Assembly (NCBI RefSeq): GCF_963921235.1
Contig: NC_086108.1
Location: 78,494,001 to 78,558,000 of the forward strand
Direction of reading: 5' to 3'
Length of the DNA: 64,000 bases
DNA from: Mobula hypostoma
Taxonomy: Eukaryota
Part shown: in pieces, positions 47,787-61,323 of the stretch
Position numbering within the stretch: position 1 is the stretch's first letter
How the letters are laid out: the number at the start of each line of letters is the position of its first letter
Notes under the pieces: model-generated
What the model was told of the DNA's origin: nothing
Database searches by the model: none
What the model saw: the letters and a program-made list of their open reading frames with translations, nothing else
Position numbers and translations under genes: made by a program

Positions 47787-49037
47787 CAGTGGCATGCAAA
47801 AGTTTGGGCACCCATAGACCATAAGACCATAAGACAAAGGAGCAGAAGCCGGCCATTCAGCCCATCGAGTCTGCTCCGCCATTTTATCATGAGCTGATTC
47901 ATTCTCCCATTTAGTCCCACTCCCCCGCATTCTCACCATAACCCTTGATGCCCTGGCTACTCAGATACCTATCAATCTCTGCCTTAAATACACCCAACAA
48001 CTTGACCTCCACTGTCGCCCATGGCAACAAATTCCAGAGATTCACCACCCTCTGGCTAAAAAAATTTCTTTGCATCTCTGCATCTCTGTTCTGAATGGGC
48101 GCCCTTCAATCCCTCAGTCATGTCCTCTAGTACTAGACTCCCCTATCATAGGAAACAACTTTGCCACATCCACTCTGTCCATGCCTTTCAACATTCAAAA
48201 TGTTTCTATGAGGTCCCCCCGTTATTCTTCTAAACTCCAAGGAATACAGTCCAAGAGCGGTCAAACGTTCCTCATATGATAACCCTCTCATTCCCGGAAT
48301 CATTCTAATGAATCTTCTCTGAACCCTCTCCAACGTCAGCACATCCTTTCTTAAATAAGGAGCCCAAAACTGCACACAGTACTCCAAGTGAGGTCTTACC
48401 AGTGCCTTATAGAGCCTCAACATCACAACCCTGCTCCTATACTCTATTCCTCGAGAAATGAATGCCAACATTGCATTCACCTCCTTCACCACCGACTCAT
48501 CCTGGAGGTTAACCTTAAGGGTATCCTGCATGAAGACTCCCAAGTCCCGTTGCATCTCAGAACTTTGAATTTTCTCCCCATTTAAATAATAGTCTGCCCG
48601 TTTATTTCTTCTGCCAAAGTGCATAACCATACACTTTCCAAGATTGTATTTCATTTGCCACTTCTTTGCCCATTCTCCCAATCTATCCAAGACTCCCTGC
48701 AGACTCCTTGTTTCCTCAGCACTACTGGCCCCTCCACCTATCTTTGAAGGGCTCTTAGCTGGCTACAAAAAGTGCTTACAAACCGTGAAACTGCAAGGGG
48801 GGTGTTACTAAGTACTGCCATGCAGGGTGCCCAAACTTTTGCTTTGGGCCATTTTCCTTTTTTGTTATTTTGAAACTGTAAAAGATGGAAATAAAAAAGT
48901 TTTCTTGCTTAAAACATTAAAGAAATGTGTCATCTTTAACTTCATGCCTTTTGGAAATCAGTCCATCTTTTACTTGCTTAGCTATTCACAGTAACAGAAA
49001 TTTTGAGCAGGGGCGCCCAAACTTTTGCATGCCACTG
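47787..49037. mobile_element. Tc1/mariner element with TA TSD
   Basis: Left end TA|CAGTGGCATGCAAAAGTTTGGGCACCC; right end GGGCGCCCAAACTTTTGCATGCCACTG|TA. Inner repeat at ~48824-48842. Confidence 0.9.
47814..48745 (-). mobile_element. CR1 3' fragment inside Tc1
   Basis: ORF 48133-48690 is a CR1 RT C-terminus. The ccataaga tail abuts the left TIR. Confidence 0.9.
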
Positions 49038-51599
49038 TATGTTTTTATTTTGTGGAAAAAAAAGGTTTCATGGTGTGATAACTTGGCATTGTAAGAAGCA
49101 TCTTTTCTTTTTCACTAACAACTTTTCAATGTAGGCAATACTTTTAGTTGCTCCAAGGAGACTTGGAGCATAACCCTGACTCAGTACCGTGGTAGAGCAG
49201 CAGATGACGCTGTTGTGTTGTAACTGAAAGAGGCTTTGTTTACCATCTTCCTGACACTGCTTTCTACATGAGAAATAGATTTGTCCAAAAAGTCACAACT
49301 TTTCTTAACATTTAAAAAATACATTAAAAGCAGGTATGTTTCACCAGCCTCTGTCAAATTAATTACAATGTAAATACATTGGAAATAACTTCTAGCCCTA
49401 TGATTCCAAAGATAGACAAGAGACCAGGGAATAGAGTTGGGGGAAGGGGAGGGGTATTGGAATAGTTATTAATTGGAAAAAAATGGGGAGAAAATCAGTT
49501 CATCCTGCTGCAATCCTACTCCTCCCAGTACTACAGTTTACACTTGGCTTAATAATTTGCCGATGTTTGTCCCTAAATGGACTGAGATTGGCAGTGATGT
49601 AGATTAGTTGCTTCCACTGTGGGTTTACTTGAGCATGGGGAATGCAGCAGCTGAAGACAGGCCAAGGGCCCAGATCGACCAAGCGCATACTTTTGCGTAC
49701 TGCTGAGAGATCAGGACAAGCAGGAATGCCTCTCACATTCTCATCCTGTCAATCACACCTCCTGATGCCCACCTGTGATCTACCCCTGACTCTCAAAACA
49801 TTCAGTCGAGATGAAGTGTCTTGACCCAAAACATTTCCCTCTGCATATACTGCCTGGCCGACTGACTTCCTACAGCAGTTTGTAGTTTGCTCCTGATTCC
49901 AGCATCTGCAGTTTCTTATCTCAAACCATGATTCCTGACCATATTTAACTCCTTGCTGCCTTTGTGTTGTGAATCCCCAACTCCATAAATTCTAGTAGTC
50001 ATATGCACTGCAAATTCCTGATCTCACTTTCCCTGTCAGCTATGTTTCGAAACTCACTGACCTACCTCCCATCAATGCCACAGTCGTTTTGATTGCCAGG
50101 ACAGTCTCCATAGGCCCAGATTGTCTTACATCCCATAGTTTCCCACCTGGCGACCATTCTTCAATCCAGTCAAATGCCCCCCTTAAGAAGGAGAACACCA
50201 TCCCAAGTTAATTATAAGACTTCATGTAACAGAGGGCCTCTGGAGTAAGTTATCGCTCCTTCACAGGAAGAGCAGGGCAAACTAACTCTAGCAGTGAACT
50301 CAAGAAGTTTGCTGACTTTTCTTGGTTTTCTAAGGGTAACATACTGTACATCCCACTTCCTTTCATCATGGCAATACAGAGGACTAAATATTTATTTTCT
50401 TTAGGGTGGATGTGCATTACTAGCATTTGCTCCAGATTTTCCATCAAGTGCTCACTGGAGATCAAAAATCTTCCATCAGAATACAGTGAAAACTCCACAT
50501 GACGTAGGGATGATGGAAGGGAAAAAAATCCAAGTGGAACATTCTTACATTAATATTACAAGAGTACTTACATCAGTGATTCTCAGATCAGCTTACATGC
50601 ATACCCATTGAGCAGTGAAATGTGAAACTCCCGTGTAAATTAGGTACAATCTACATGGAGACATGCAAAAGTGGAGCCATTGCACATCTGCCAATAGGTT
50701 GCCCCTACTGTATTCTGCCGGGTGTTGTAACATTCACTGTTCAAGGAGGTTTCTAGCTGGGGAGAGCACATGTAAAGTGGAGCGTCCTAGTTAAAAGACT
50801 AACAGAAACAATAACAGAAATCACTGGTGACATTAAGCAGATGTTGTAGGTTCAGATTCTTGCTGAAAACTGTCTGATTTGCATTTCTTTGATGTACAAT
50901 GACTGACTTGTTGAGTGTCTTCAGCACCTTCTGTTATGAATTTACAGAAACTGCAGCATCGTTCTTAAACTAACAGTGCTTGGCTCTCTCACTTAACCGT
51001 CAGCGTGTTTGACTGCAGGTCTGAAGAATCGATTTGGACCACGACTGCCTGCTGCAGCAGCAGCTGGATTGCCATTCCAAGCAACGTACAAGAGCCGGTT
51101 CTCAGGCTGAGAAGATCACACTTTCACTGAGTTTGTTAAGCAAGCCTGACTGAGTCAGACAGCTGGATGTTAATGTCAGCAAATATACCAGAGATATCAT
51201 TTGTACCACATGGATGGAGGTGGCATTGGCCTTGAATCTCAAGTTACCCTCTGGACCTCACACCGGTAATGCAAACAGTTCTATGAACTGCTCAGGGTAG
51301 GGAAAGGAACACACAAGCTGTTCTCACTTTATTTCCTCATTCTCCCTTGGCAACTGCACACTTTAAAGCAACAGCTGCAACTAACTATTCCCAGTATATT
51401 CTGTTATATGGGGCATTAATGTCTGCACTTTCTCAATGGCTATCTAATTTGCAACCACAACCTTACAGCTCTTGGGAGCACTTAGACAAAAGCTTCTTTC
51501 TTTTAGATTTTCCTTTTTAAGTTTTCAGCTTTGTTGATATTGATCTATGTGAGATGGGGTGTTTAATAATACTGTTAATTTAGAATTACCCTAGTACCA

Positions 51600-51840
51600 C
51601 AAGAAGGTAAAGGTGTAGACGATTGTAAACTCAGCCAGCTCCATCGTGGACACCAGCTGCCCCACTACTGAGGATATCTTCAAAAGACAATGGCCTGAAA
51701 AAGGCCACCTCAATCATTGAGGACCCCGCCACCCAGGATATGCCCTCTTCTCATTACTACTGAAGACACATAATCAACATTTTAGAAATAGCTAAATTAT
51801 AGTACATATGTTAGTGATAATATACTTGATTCTGATCCTG
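51600..51840 (+). mobile_element. Rex1/L2-group 3' fragment
   Basis: ...IIEDP.HPGYALFSL-like peptide and a gattct tail. Confidence 0.55.
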
Positions 51841-53413
51841 GAAGAATATGTTCAGGACAAGCCTAAATCCAGAAGAAAGTAGACTGACAATTTCCAGGTG
51901 ACCCATAGTTTTGACAACACAATAATATTCCTTAATACATCAGTTATTAAAAAATACCCTTCTCCTATCCTGCTATTTTCAGAAAGATTTATTCAATTCC
52001 GGATGCCCACCTCTGCTCTATCCTTCTCCACAGAATAGTAAATTAAAAAGAACAGGTATGGTTTGGGGAATGAGGTGAGATGGATTTGGAAGGGTTACGT
52101 TACCAATTTTAATTTTTTTTAAATGTTGAAGGGGAGTTGATGGGCATGTGTGAGAAAGAAAATGCAGATGAAGTTTGGGGAAATGGGGACAACAGAATTT
52201 ACTCCACCAGGAATGAGTGTGGGTGCAATGGACCAAATGACTTCCTTTTATGCTGTATTTAGTAATTAATTACAGGCTTTACCACCATTTAAGTGGAGAT
52301 ATTTATTTGCATTTCTAAACACTGGCCTGAAAACTTTGATGCATTGCATCATTTTCTCAAGCATCAGAAAATCAAATTTCCTTCCAGGGTGAAATGTAAT
52401 TACCCAGGTGTGACACCTTGAAAGAAAATGTCTTTTCACCACTTCTCCCTTTAAATAGAAGGTAGCAAACGTTAGAATGGAAAATGTGGGCAAGTGGAAA
52501 AGTAACAGCACTCTGATCTGGAGGCCCAAATTATTGACCTTGAGCCATGAGATCAAATCCCTTCAGAGGAACAGTGGAAATCAAATATAGAGTTAAATAA
52601 ATCTGGAATTTAAAAAAAAACGAACTTTAGAAATGGCAACAGTGAAACTATGAGGTTGCTATAAAAATTAATCTGGCTCATTAAGTTGTGTCAGAGATGG
52701 AGATTTGCCATCATTGCCCATTTTAGGCTACATATGATGCCAGACCCACCAGTTCAAGCTGAGTACTTTGAGTTGGTCAACTTTAGCATACCTTCCCTTT
52801 AAATCTTTATAGTGCTCCCTCTTTATCTTCTTTCTTGATCTTAGATTTGTCAGCTTTTAAATGTATGGCTTTGTGATGCATTAGGACTTCATTTCTTATA
52901 TACTCGGAAGTGACAGAGATGATGGAGCAGAGCGCTCTAATGTCAGCCTGAGGTGTTTGGAAGAGCAGCACTCCATTTGCCCATTAGAGTGTAAATCTCA
53001 TCGTAGTGTACTCATTTCAGAAAATAGCTTCATCTCTCAATTAGCCTTTCAAGACACCTTTTCCATCCATGATCTGATTTGAATCTGTGCCCAGATAATG
53101 AAGAATTCATTCCAATACCTGCTGCAACATTTGAGTTGATAGAGATTACTACAATCACCGGTACTGCACAAAAACTTATCTGTCAATGCACAGAGGCATG
53201 GCCTAGATCACAATCCCTTACAGCCATGCACAGTTCAATAAATCCCTTGCCAAGAACTCCCCAACTAAGTGAAGAATATGAAAAAAGACAGTTCTGATCT
53301 GAAGATGCTGAGTTCCACTCTTTATATTGATTGTTTAAAATCACCCTCACTTGTAATGATTGGCGAGCCACCCGTATGGCCTTCATTTACAAGAAAGGAT
53401 TACACTTGTCCAA

Positions 53414-53580
53414 GGCAACACATACAAAACGCTGGAGGAACTCAGCAGGTCAGGCAGCATCTATGGAAACAAGTAAACAGTTGAAGTTTCGGCCGAGACC
53501 CTTCTTCAGGATTCAGGTCTCTTTACTCTTTTCCATTGCTGCTGCATGAACTGCTGAGTTCCTCCAACATTTTGTGTGTG
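53414..53580. mobile_element. Penelope pLTR inverted pair, degenerate
   Basis: caaaacgctggaggaactcagcag pairs with ctgctgagttcctccaacattttg. Confidence 0.7.
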
Positions 53581-54111
53581 TAGATTAGGACTTCCTCATA
53601 CTTGTCCACGGCCCAGGTGTGCAAGTCATCTCCATTCTCAGTGGTGGGATGCTACGTTACTGATCCAAATGGTAAGTGGTCCTAGTGGCTTTGCCTACAG
53701 GTAAAATCAGCAGGAAATGGCTGCAGGGTCAGAAATGTTTCTCACAGTTACAAGTTTTTAAATCTTTCAAACTCAGTTCTACTGACAGGGCCTCAATGAT
53801 AATCTTTAATGCTGTGTATGTTGGATGGGGGGGGTGAACTTGCACATTCTGCCTGTATGATTTATTTAGACATGCAGCATGGAACAGGCCCTGCTGACCC
53901 AATGAGCCACACCCCCCAGCAGCCCATGGTACGAGACAACTTACAGTGACCAATCAACCCACTAAATGGACTTTTCTGTGGTTTTTGGGTTGATAGAGAT
54001 TAGAACCATACAATCACTGGCACTGCACGAAAACTTGCCTGCAAAGCACAAAGGAGCAGTGTAAGTCACAATGCCTTTCTGTCTTGCACTGCTCAGTAAA
54101 TCCCTTGTTAC

Positions 54112-54252
54112 AGTCTTTGGACTGTGGGAGGAAACCCGAGCACCCGGAGGAAACCCACATGGTCCAAAGGGAGAAATTACAAACTCCAGAATTGAACTCT
54201 GAAATGCTCCGAGCTGTAATAGCATCACGCTAACTGCTACACCACTGTGGCG
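54112..54252 (-). mobile_element. V-SINE fragment
   Basis: tgtgggaggaaacccgagcacccggaggaaacccac. The remaining 3' part lies at ~53860-53960. Confidence 0.65.
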
Positions 54253-55079
54253 GTCCCGTGTAACCGTGAGAGTTTCCACAGATTTCGTCCCGCATCACAA
54301 AGAAGCTGGGAGACTAAATGACCATTATAGATTTCCTCTAACGTTATGTGGTAGAATCTGTGTGAACTGCTCAGACTGTGAGGAAATAGAATGGGATTAA
54401 GTGAAGGAAGGGTTAAATGGATTCTTGATGGTCAGTATGTTATCAGTGGGCCGAAAGGTCTGTTTCCATTCTATACGACTCTATGACAACTGATCACCTA
54501 TATTTTTGTTCTCACCCATCAGCTGGCTGCCTCACCTTGTCCAGCTGGGTGAGCAGGGGCACTCATGCAAACTTTGCTAAAATAGCACTAAGATCAAAGG
54601 ACACTGATGTTCCCACAATCGTTTAAACCCAGGTTCACAGTTTGGTAATGTGTACAGTCTGCTCTGAGCAGTGGGAAAAAAAGCTATTTTTTCCCAGTAA
54701 GTTCCTATGGATGAGAATGATAATGAGAATACAGAAAACACAGTCCAAAAAGTTACACTTGTTACCTACCCACCCTATATTTCACTTACTTGTTCACATC
54801 TGCTGAATTGCAGTCTGAGTAATACAGAGACGTCTGCAGTATTATGCCAAGGAAGGGTATACTTGGCACAGTGCGAGTTTCTCCTTTCTCCTCCATTCTG
54901 TGCCACGTCACACTATCATGAATACAATCTTATTGAAGATTGCTGAAGGTTTGTCTTTTCTGAATCTCAGTCACTCAGAGCCACTGACAGACCAAAATGC
55001 TCACCCCACTGGACCAGCAGCTCGGTGTAATGAATCTTTACAGGAGTGGGTATACTGTAAATGTCTATTTCAAAATTAC

Positions 55080-55184
55080 CTCTGGGGGTTGGGTTCATTG
55101 TGCTTGTCACGTTCATGCTTTATCATTCGGTATTTTCCAATCCTGGAGTCTGGTCGGGATACTTTCATACCTTTCAGTGTTATT
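55080..55184 (-). CDS. B4GALT2: Beta-1,4-galactosyltransferase 2, penultimate coding exon (105 bp)
   Basis: tttcAG|A ATA ... CAG AG|GTAATT. Translates (R)ITLKGMKVSRPDSRIGKYRMIKHERDKHNEPNPQ(R), containing the metal-binding MIxH region of GT7 enzymes. Confidence 0.95.
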
Positions 55185-55454
55185 CTGAAAAATAAGAACA
55201 GGTTGCAAAAAGCATCACAAAAGTGTAATTGGAATAACAAACAAAAATAACGCATGTAACAAATACAGCCCAAAGAATGATCTTAAGATAACCTCCAGGT
55301 ATGTAACACCAAATTTCTTCAATACTCTGCAGCACTGATGCAAAAATCATTAACTCCTTGGTGTAATGGTCAGAATACAGCAATGCTAATGAATCCAGTG
55401 TCACTGTGCAATGGTCAAAATTTACGGTCCACTACATTTATCCCTATGTCTCCA

Positions 55455-56150
55455 TAAACACTCGAAAATTTCTACAGTTGTACTGTGGAGGGCATTCTAA
55501 CTGGCTGCATCGCTGTCTGGGGTGGGGGGGGGGAGCTACTGCACAGGATTAAAGTAAATTGCAGGAAGTTGTAAACTCAGTCAGCTTCATCATGAACACA
55601 GCCTCCATAGCATCCGGGACATCTTCAAGGAGCAATGCCTCAAAAAAGTGGCTTCCGTCGTTAAGGATCCTCATCACCCAGATCATGCCTTGATCTCATT
55701 GCTACCATCAGAAAGGATGTACAGAAGCCTGAAGACACACACTCAGCGATTCAGGAACAGCTTCTTCCCCTCCGCCATCCAATTCCTAAATGGACATTAC
55801 ACTACCTCACAACTTTTTAAATTACCATTTTTTGGCACTGCTTATTCAATTTGACTATTTAATATACATACACTTACTGTAAATCACACCATGAAGTTCA
55901 AGAACAGTTATTACCCTAAACCATCAAGCTCCTAAATCATTATGGATAACTTCATTCACCATTATGCTATTTATTTGCAATTTGTCCTCTTTTGCACATT
56001 GGTTGTTAGTCCTTGTCTATTTATGCATAGTTTCATAAAATTCTATTGTATTTCCTTTTTCCTGTAAGTGCCTGAAAGAAAATGAATCTCAAGGTATTAT
56101 TATGGTAAGGTATATGTACTTGGATTATAAATTTATTTTGAAACTTGAAG
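55455..56150 (+). mobile_element. Rex1/L2-group LINE 3' fragments
   Basis: FYSCTVEGILTGCIAVWG ... VKDPHHPDHALISLLPSERMYRSLKTHTQRFRNSFFPSAI. Confidence 0.75.
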
Positions 56151-57450
56151 CTTAAGCTTTACAATATGTCAAAGCTGTCAGACTTTGCATGTTTCTGAAT
56201 ACAGCTTCTAACGGTTTCTGAGAGATTAAAAATCCATTAAACAATTTTAACCACTAAACAATTATAATAATTTTGACAAATTAATTATCTTTCTTACACT
56301 TGCAATCAAATCCAAAAACTGTAAATTACCTCAAATTCACCTTCCTTATAGTTGAATGAGCTAACTTTCCCTGCAGTAGGTCTGAGCAAATGTATGTTCT
56401 GTCGAGAGACTCTGAATTGTACCTGCCGGGGAATTACCCGAGTTTACAGTCCAGATTTAGAGACTGTATACACTGGTGTGCAGAACTAAGCCAGAACATT
56501 TGGTACAAAGGTGTTTGAATGGAAGCAGTCCCAAACTTCCTGACAATCCCAGAGACAACTCAATATCAAACTACAAACATATCCCTGCAAGTTCTCCTAC
56601 AATGTATGCCAAAAACCACCAAAGAACTCAAAGCATTAACTAATGTTAATGAAACAATTTCATACACAGCAGGACTATAATTTCATGGTTTAGATGATAG
56701 TTATAATTGGACTCAATTGTCCTGTATGACCTTTGTCCTCATTTTGTTATTGTAAACAACACTTGCCTTCTGAAATGCTCTTTATTTTCCTACCTGCATT
56801 ATCATTTTGTCAAAGCTTCCCTGGATTGTGGTCTCTTCACATGACCAGAATTATCCCTTATGTACCTGTACACAAGGAACGTGTTCTTCTGAAATTGGGC
56901 TGATCTTCATCTAGAACTATCGGTAGTCTCTGTTCATTTCCTGCACACACTCCAGCTCTCCAAAATTTCAGCCAATGCTTTTGATCTCTGATTTCAAAAT
57001 CTCACTAGGAATGCACTCCAATTCAGTGGCTAGGCATCCCTGACTGCACAGTCACCTGTGGTTTTCCCTCCCCAATGTGAGATGACTTCTTGCACTAAAA
57101 GTATACGTTGCTGGAACTGCCTCCAGCACATTTATGTCACACTCAGCAAGAATCCAGATGTGATCCACTTGCAGCTGCACAGGTTCAGTATAATTTGATG
57201 GGAGTTACAAATTCTCCTGATATAGGCAATCTGCTTTACTCTTTTGATTGCAGTCACATCATCTTACTATGTTACCTGAATCAACTAAAAATTCATGCCA
57301 CTTTCAAAATCAAAGCAAACAGCATTCCTTATTGCTGAACTCATCCTGGGAGCTTTCCCCATAAAATAAATACAGATTATACGTTTAGTTTGTATTAAAC
57401 AGCACAAAGAATGTTTTTTCCCAGAACGTTATCAAGACAAGAAGATTGTA

Positions 57451-58094
57451 CAGGTTGAGCACCCCTTATCTGAAATGCTTTGGGCTGGAAGTGTTTCAGA
57501 TTTCAGAATTGCCATCATTTCCAACTCTAAATTTATGTGTTACTGGTAAGCAATCTTTGCCTTATACTTGTTCATCACACTTATGTACTGATGCAGCTGT
57601 TCAATGTGTTAGATTTTCATCAGTGAGGATCTTGGCAAACTCATCAATGAATTTCTTTGCTGCTTCGTGATCAGCAGATGCTTTATCAACATAAATTGTT
57701 AAAGTGCAATGCCGTGCTTTTTTAAAAATTTCTCCAACCACCCTGCGGAATAGTCACAATTATCTAGAATTTCAGTTCGTCGAGATAGATCTTTGTTTGC
57801 TGAACAATCAGCATACCGTTAAGCAGCACGTGACTCTGATGCTGACAAATCCACTCTTTCAGCACACGATCAGGATTTTCATTTTTTGCTTAATGCAGAG
57901 TTTTTGTATTTTCCATTAACTTCCCTTCCTTACATTTGCGAGGTCATTTCTCAGAATAGTGTGTAGTGTGTAGAGATCTGTGCATCACCAATGTAACCTT
58001 CCCAGCACCTTGTGGAATTTTGCATTTGTGACGTCGTGTCATTGCCGAAAAAATATTTTGGATTTTGGAATCTCGGATAAGGGGTTCTGCACCT
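57451..58094 (-). mobile_element. Tigger/pogo-like DNA transposon remnant
   Basis: Left end TA|CAGGTTGAGCACCCCTTATC with a degenerate right TIR GATAAGGGGTTCTGCACCT. CENP-B-type peptides DRVLKEWI, YSAGWLEKF and KASADHEAAKKFIDEF. Confidence 0.7.
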
Positions 58095-58896
58095 TCTCTG
58101 TGGTTTTTACTCCTTTAACATGGTTAGTGTTTCCAGTTATTTTGTTCAAGAACGAAAACAAATGCAAAAGAAAGACACACACATAAAATAACCGATATTC
58201 TATATGTTGCTTGTGAGGTTTCGGAGTTGTTGTTGGAGTATTCTAGGAGTATCTGCAGTGAATTTTGTAGAAGGTACAGATTACAGTGCTGGAGTGGAGA
58301 GAAAGTACACTTAGAGCTAAATGAATGCCAGTCAGGCAAACTGCCTCATCCTTGATGACATTGGGAATCTTACGAGTTATTGGAGCTGCACACATCCAAA
58401 TGAGTGATGAGTATCCCATCGCACTCTTGACTTTGCTTTGTAGATCCTACAAAGACCCTGGGAAGTCAGGGGCTGAATCTTCTATCACAGGAAGCCCAGC
58501 CACTGACTTGCTACAGTGGCATACTGTTTATGTGGCTGGTCGATTTAAGCTTTGGGTTATTGGCAATCCCACCCGCGGATGTCTCAGAACCAGTAAGTAG
58601 CAATGAATGTCAAGGGTGGTTGGTTAGAAGCTGTCTTGCTGGAGGTGGTCGTCATTGGTCATATCTGTGTGGCATTCACATTCCTTGCTGATTTCTTGGC
58701 CCAGTCCTGAATGTTGCCTGGGTCTTCCTGCATGCAGATGTAGATTGCTTTGATCTTTGAGAAAATCTCCTGGACCTCATGGTCCCCACTTTGGCCATCA
58801 CCTCCTTAGCTCCTACATGTACCTCAGAAAAAATAGCAGCAGGAATTGGAAGGCACCGTACAAACATACTTCGAACATACAAATTAGGAGCAAATA

Positions 58897-58994
58897 GTCC
58901 TGACGAAGGGTCTCGGCCTGAAACGTCGACTGCGCCTCTTCCTATAGATGCTGCCTGGCCTGCTGCGTTCACCAGCAACTTTGATGTATGTTGC
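58897..58994 (+). mobile_element. 98-bp Penelope pLTR monomer beginning at a hammerhead motif
   Basis: 11-bp TSD aggagcaaata (58886-96 and 58995-59005). Hammerhead motif at 58896-58931. Confidence 0.85.
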
Positions 58995-59005
58995 AGGAGC
59001 AAATA

Positions 59006-59995
59006 TAGTCACTTTGGCCCATGATCTGCCCTATCATGTCACAAGATCATAGCTGATTTAATCTTCAATTTCACATTCTTGATTACTTGTAGTAACCTTT
59101 AATCTGCTGCCTTTCAAATGTCTACCTTCCACTGTGTAAAAAGTAAATAATCAAAGATTCTGCTTCTACTGCTCCTTGAGGTCTAAGGATTTGGTACTCT
59201 CTGAGAGAGAGAAAAAAATCAGCTAATTTGTTTTAAATGGGAAAACCCTTCAAACAGTAGAGAGTTTAAAATTTTCCTACAATGAGAAATTTTCTCTCGA
59301 CATCCACTTTGTCAAGAACCCTCAGGATCATTCATGTTTTAGTCAAGTCCTCTGTCACACTTTAAGCTCCAGCAAATACAAGCCCAACTAACCAACCATT
59401 TCTCATAAGGCAACCAATTTTAAGTATTAGTTAAGTAAACTTTCACTAAACTGCTTCCAATGCACTAGCATCCTTCCATAAATAAGGAAACCAATATTGT
59501 ATACACTGCTCCAGGTTTGGTCTCATCAGTACCCAATACAACTGAAGCACAACCTCCTTACCTCTGTATTGTATTCCCTATATAACATGCAATAATATTG
59601 TTAATTTTCCTAATTACCTGCCATACTTGCATATTAGCATTAACATACTTATGTTGCAGTTATAAGATTGTGGTGAAGCAGCACATTAAGTATTCTGTAC
59701 ACTTTTGGTAACCTTATTAAAGTAAAGATGTCATCAAGCTGGAAAAAAGGCAAAGAAGATTTATGAGAATGTTGCCTGAATTATAAGGAGAGGGTGAGCA
59801 GGCTCGGAACTACTTTTCTTGTAATGTAAGAGACTGAGAGGTGACCTTATACTGTATATGCTTATAAAATCATGAAGGACAGATAGGGTAAATACCAGGA
59901 AAAGGGAACCAAAAACTGGAAAGCATTGCTTTTATAGAAGAGGACAAAGATTTAAAAGGAACCTGAGAAGGAACGCCATCATGCAGAAGGTGGTA
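59006..59995. mobile_element. Two old CR1 3' fragments in opposite orientation
   Basis: Minus fragment ~59006-59640 and plus fragment ~59645-59995 (LQL*DCGEAAH.., KRLRGDL). Heavily decayed. Confidence 0.55.
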
Positions 59996-61323
59996 TGTAA
60001 GGTACAGTCTCTGGAAAATAAAATTGAAGTCCTCAGAGCAAGACTGCATGCTTGAAGGACATCAGAGACTCTTGTGTACTTCACAGAGACACGGCTCACT
60101 AGTAGTCTGGACACAACGCTCCAGCCCGAAGGCTTCACCATCTACCCTGTTGTCTGGACAGCAGCATCAGATAAGGGCAAAGAGACTCCTAGATTGACGG
60201 ACAGATATAAGGAAAATGGAGAGTTATAGGTAGGGTAGGAGGGAAGGATCAGATTGATCATTAAGTTGATATAGATCAGCACAGCATTGTAAGTTGACGA
60301 ACTCGTACTCTATCATACTTGTTCTATGTCCTACGTAAAACAGACAATGACACTTTGCTCCATTATATTCTATTTGCTGGCTTGGTGAAGGCATAACATA
60401 GAATGAGGCATCCATAGCATTGGCACCACCATCCCTGAGAATAAAAGCAAAAACATTAGCAGCTGCACTTGAGCAATAGTTTGTGTCAAACCTCAACCTA
60501 GTGCAGCACTTCTCCTCACTGGCACAGCTCATACATTCTAAAGCAAGCTGAAACATACTGTCAGTTTTTTCACACTGTAAAAATAGACCAAATAGTTAAA
60601 TTGTACTTCACACAAAAAGTGCTGAACACAAACAATCTTCAAAGTTATGATACCCCGCACTTGATTCACAGAAGATTTAAGAATTAGAACTTGAATATCA
60701 CATCTACATTGATGGATTAACAATATAGTCACCCATGACGCTGAGACAGGAAAATACACAAAAGTCAATCAGAGATACTGATGCTGTTTTAAACTTATAA
60801 AATAAGGTTTCAAACTCAGTTTGAGAAATATCCAACATAACATGCAATGTCCCAAAAAATATTCCTGAGAATAGCATTAAAGCAGGTTACTTCCTGAAGC
60901 TCTTAATTCTGTTATATAGAAATGTTATAAAACTATCAGAATGGGAATAAATACCAATTGAGATAATCACTCTAAAATTTGGAAATAATTATCTTGATCT
61001 GAAGAACATCAGTGACAGTGAAGAAATTAGCAAGAAAACTTCTTCCTGTGGAAAAGCAACCATTAACCATTCTATCATCTTACTGAAACACAGAACAATG
61101 AATGCAGATGGCAGCATCCTTCTGAAAAGTTGATCAATAATTGTCTTGCTGCTCATAAGATGTAATTCAATCTCCGTAAATACACTAGAATTTTTCCTAC
61201 TTAGTTCAATATATTGGCATACTTGCATACAACAATTGAACGCACTCTTTAAAGTTCTAATATCCCCATTCAGCTGACACTATTCACAGAGCACAAGGAA
61301 ATCATTGTTCTTTAACATTAAAT

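Noticed and set aside
50250..50498. 82-aa ORF as an extra host exon
   Set aside because: No similarity to GT7 proteins, and the two B4GALT2 exons already join in phase.
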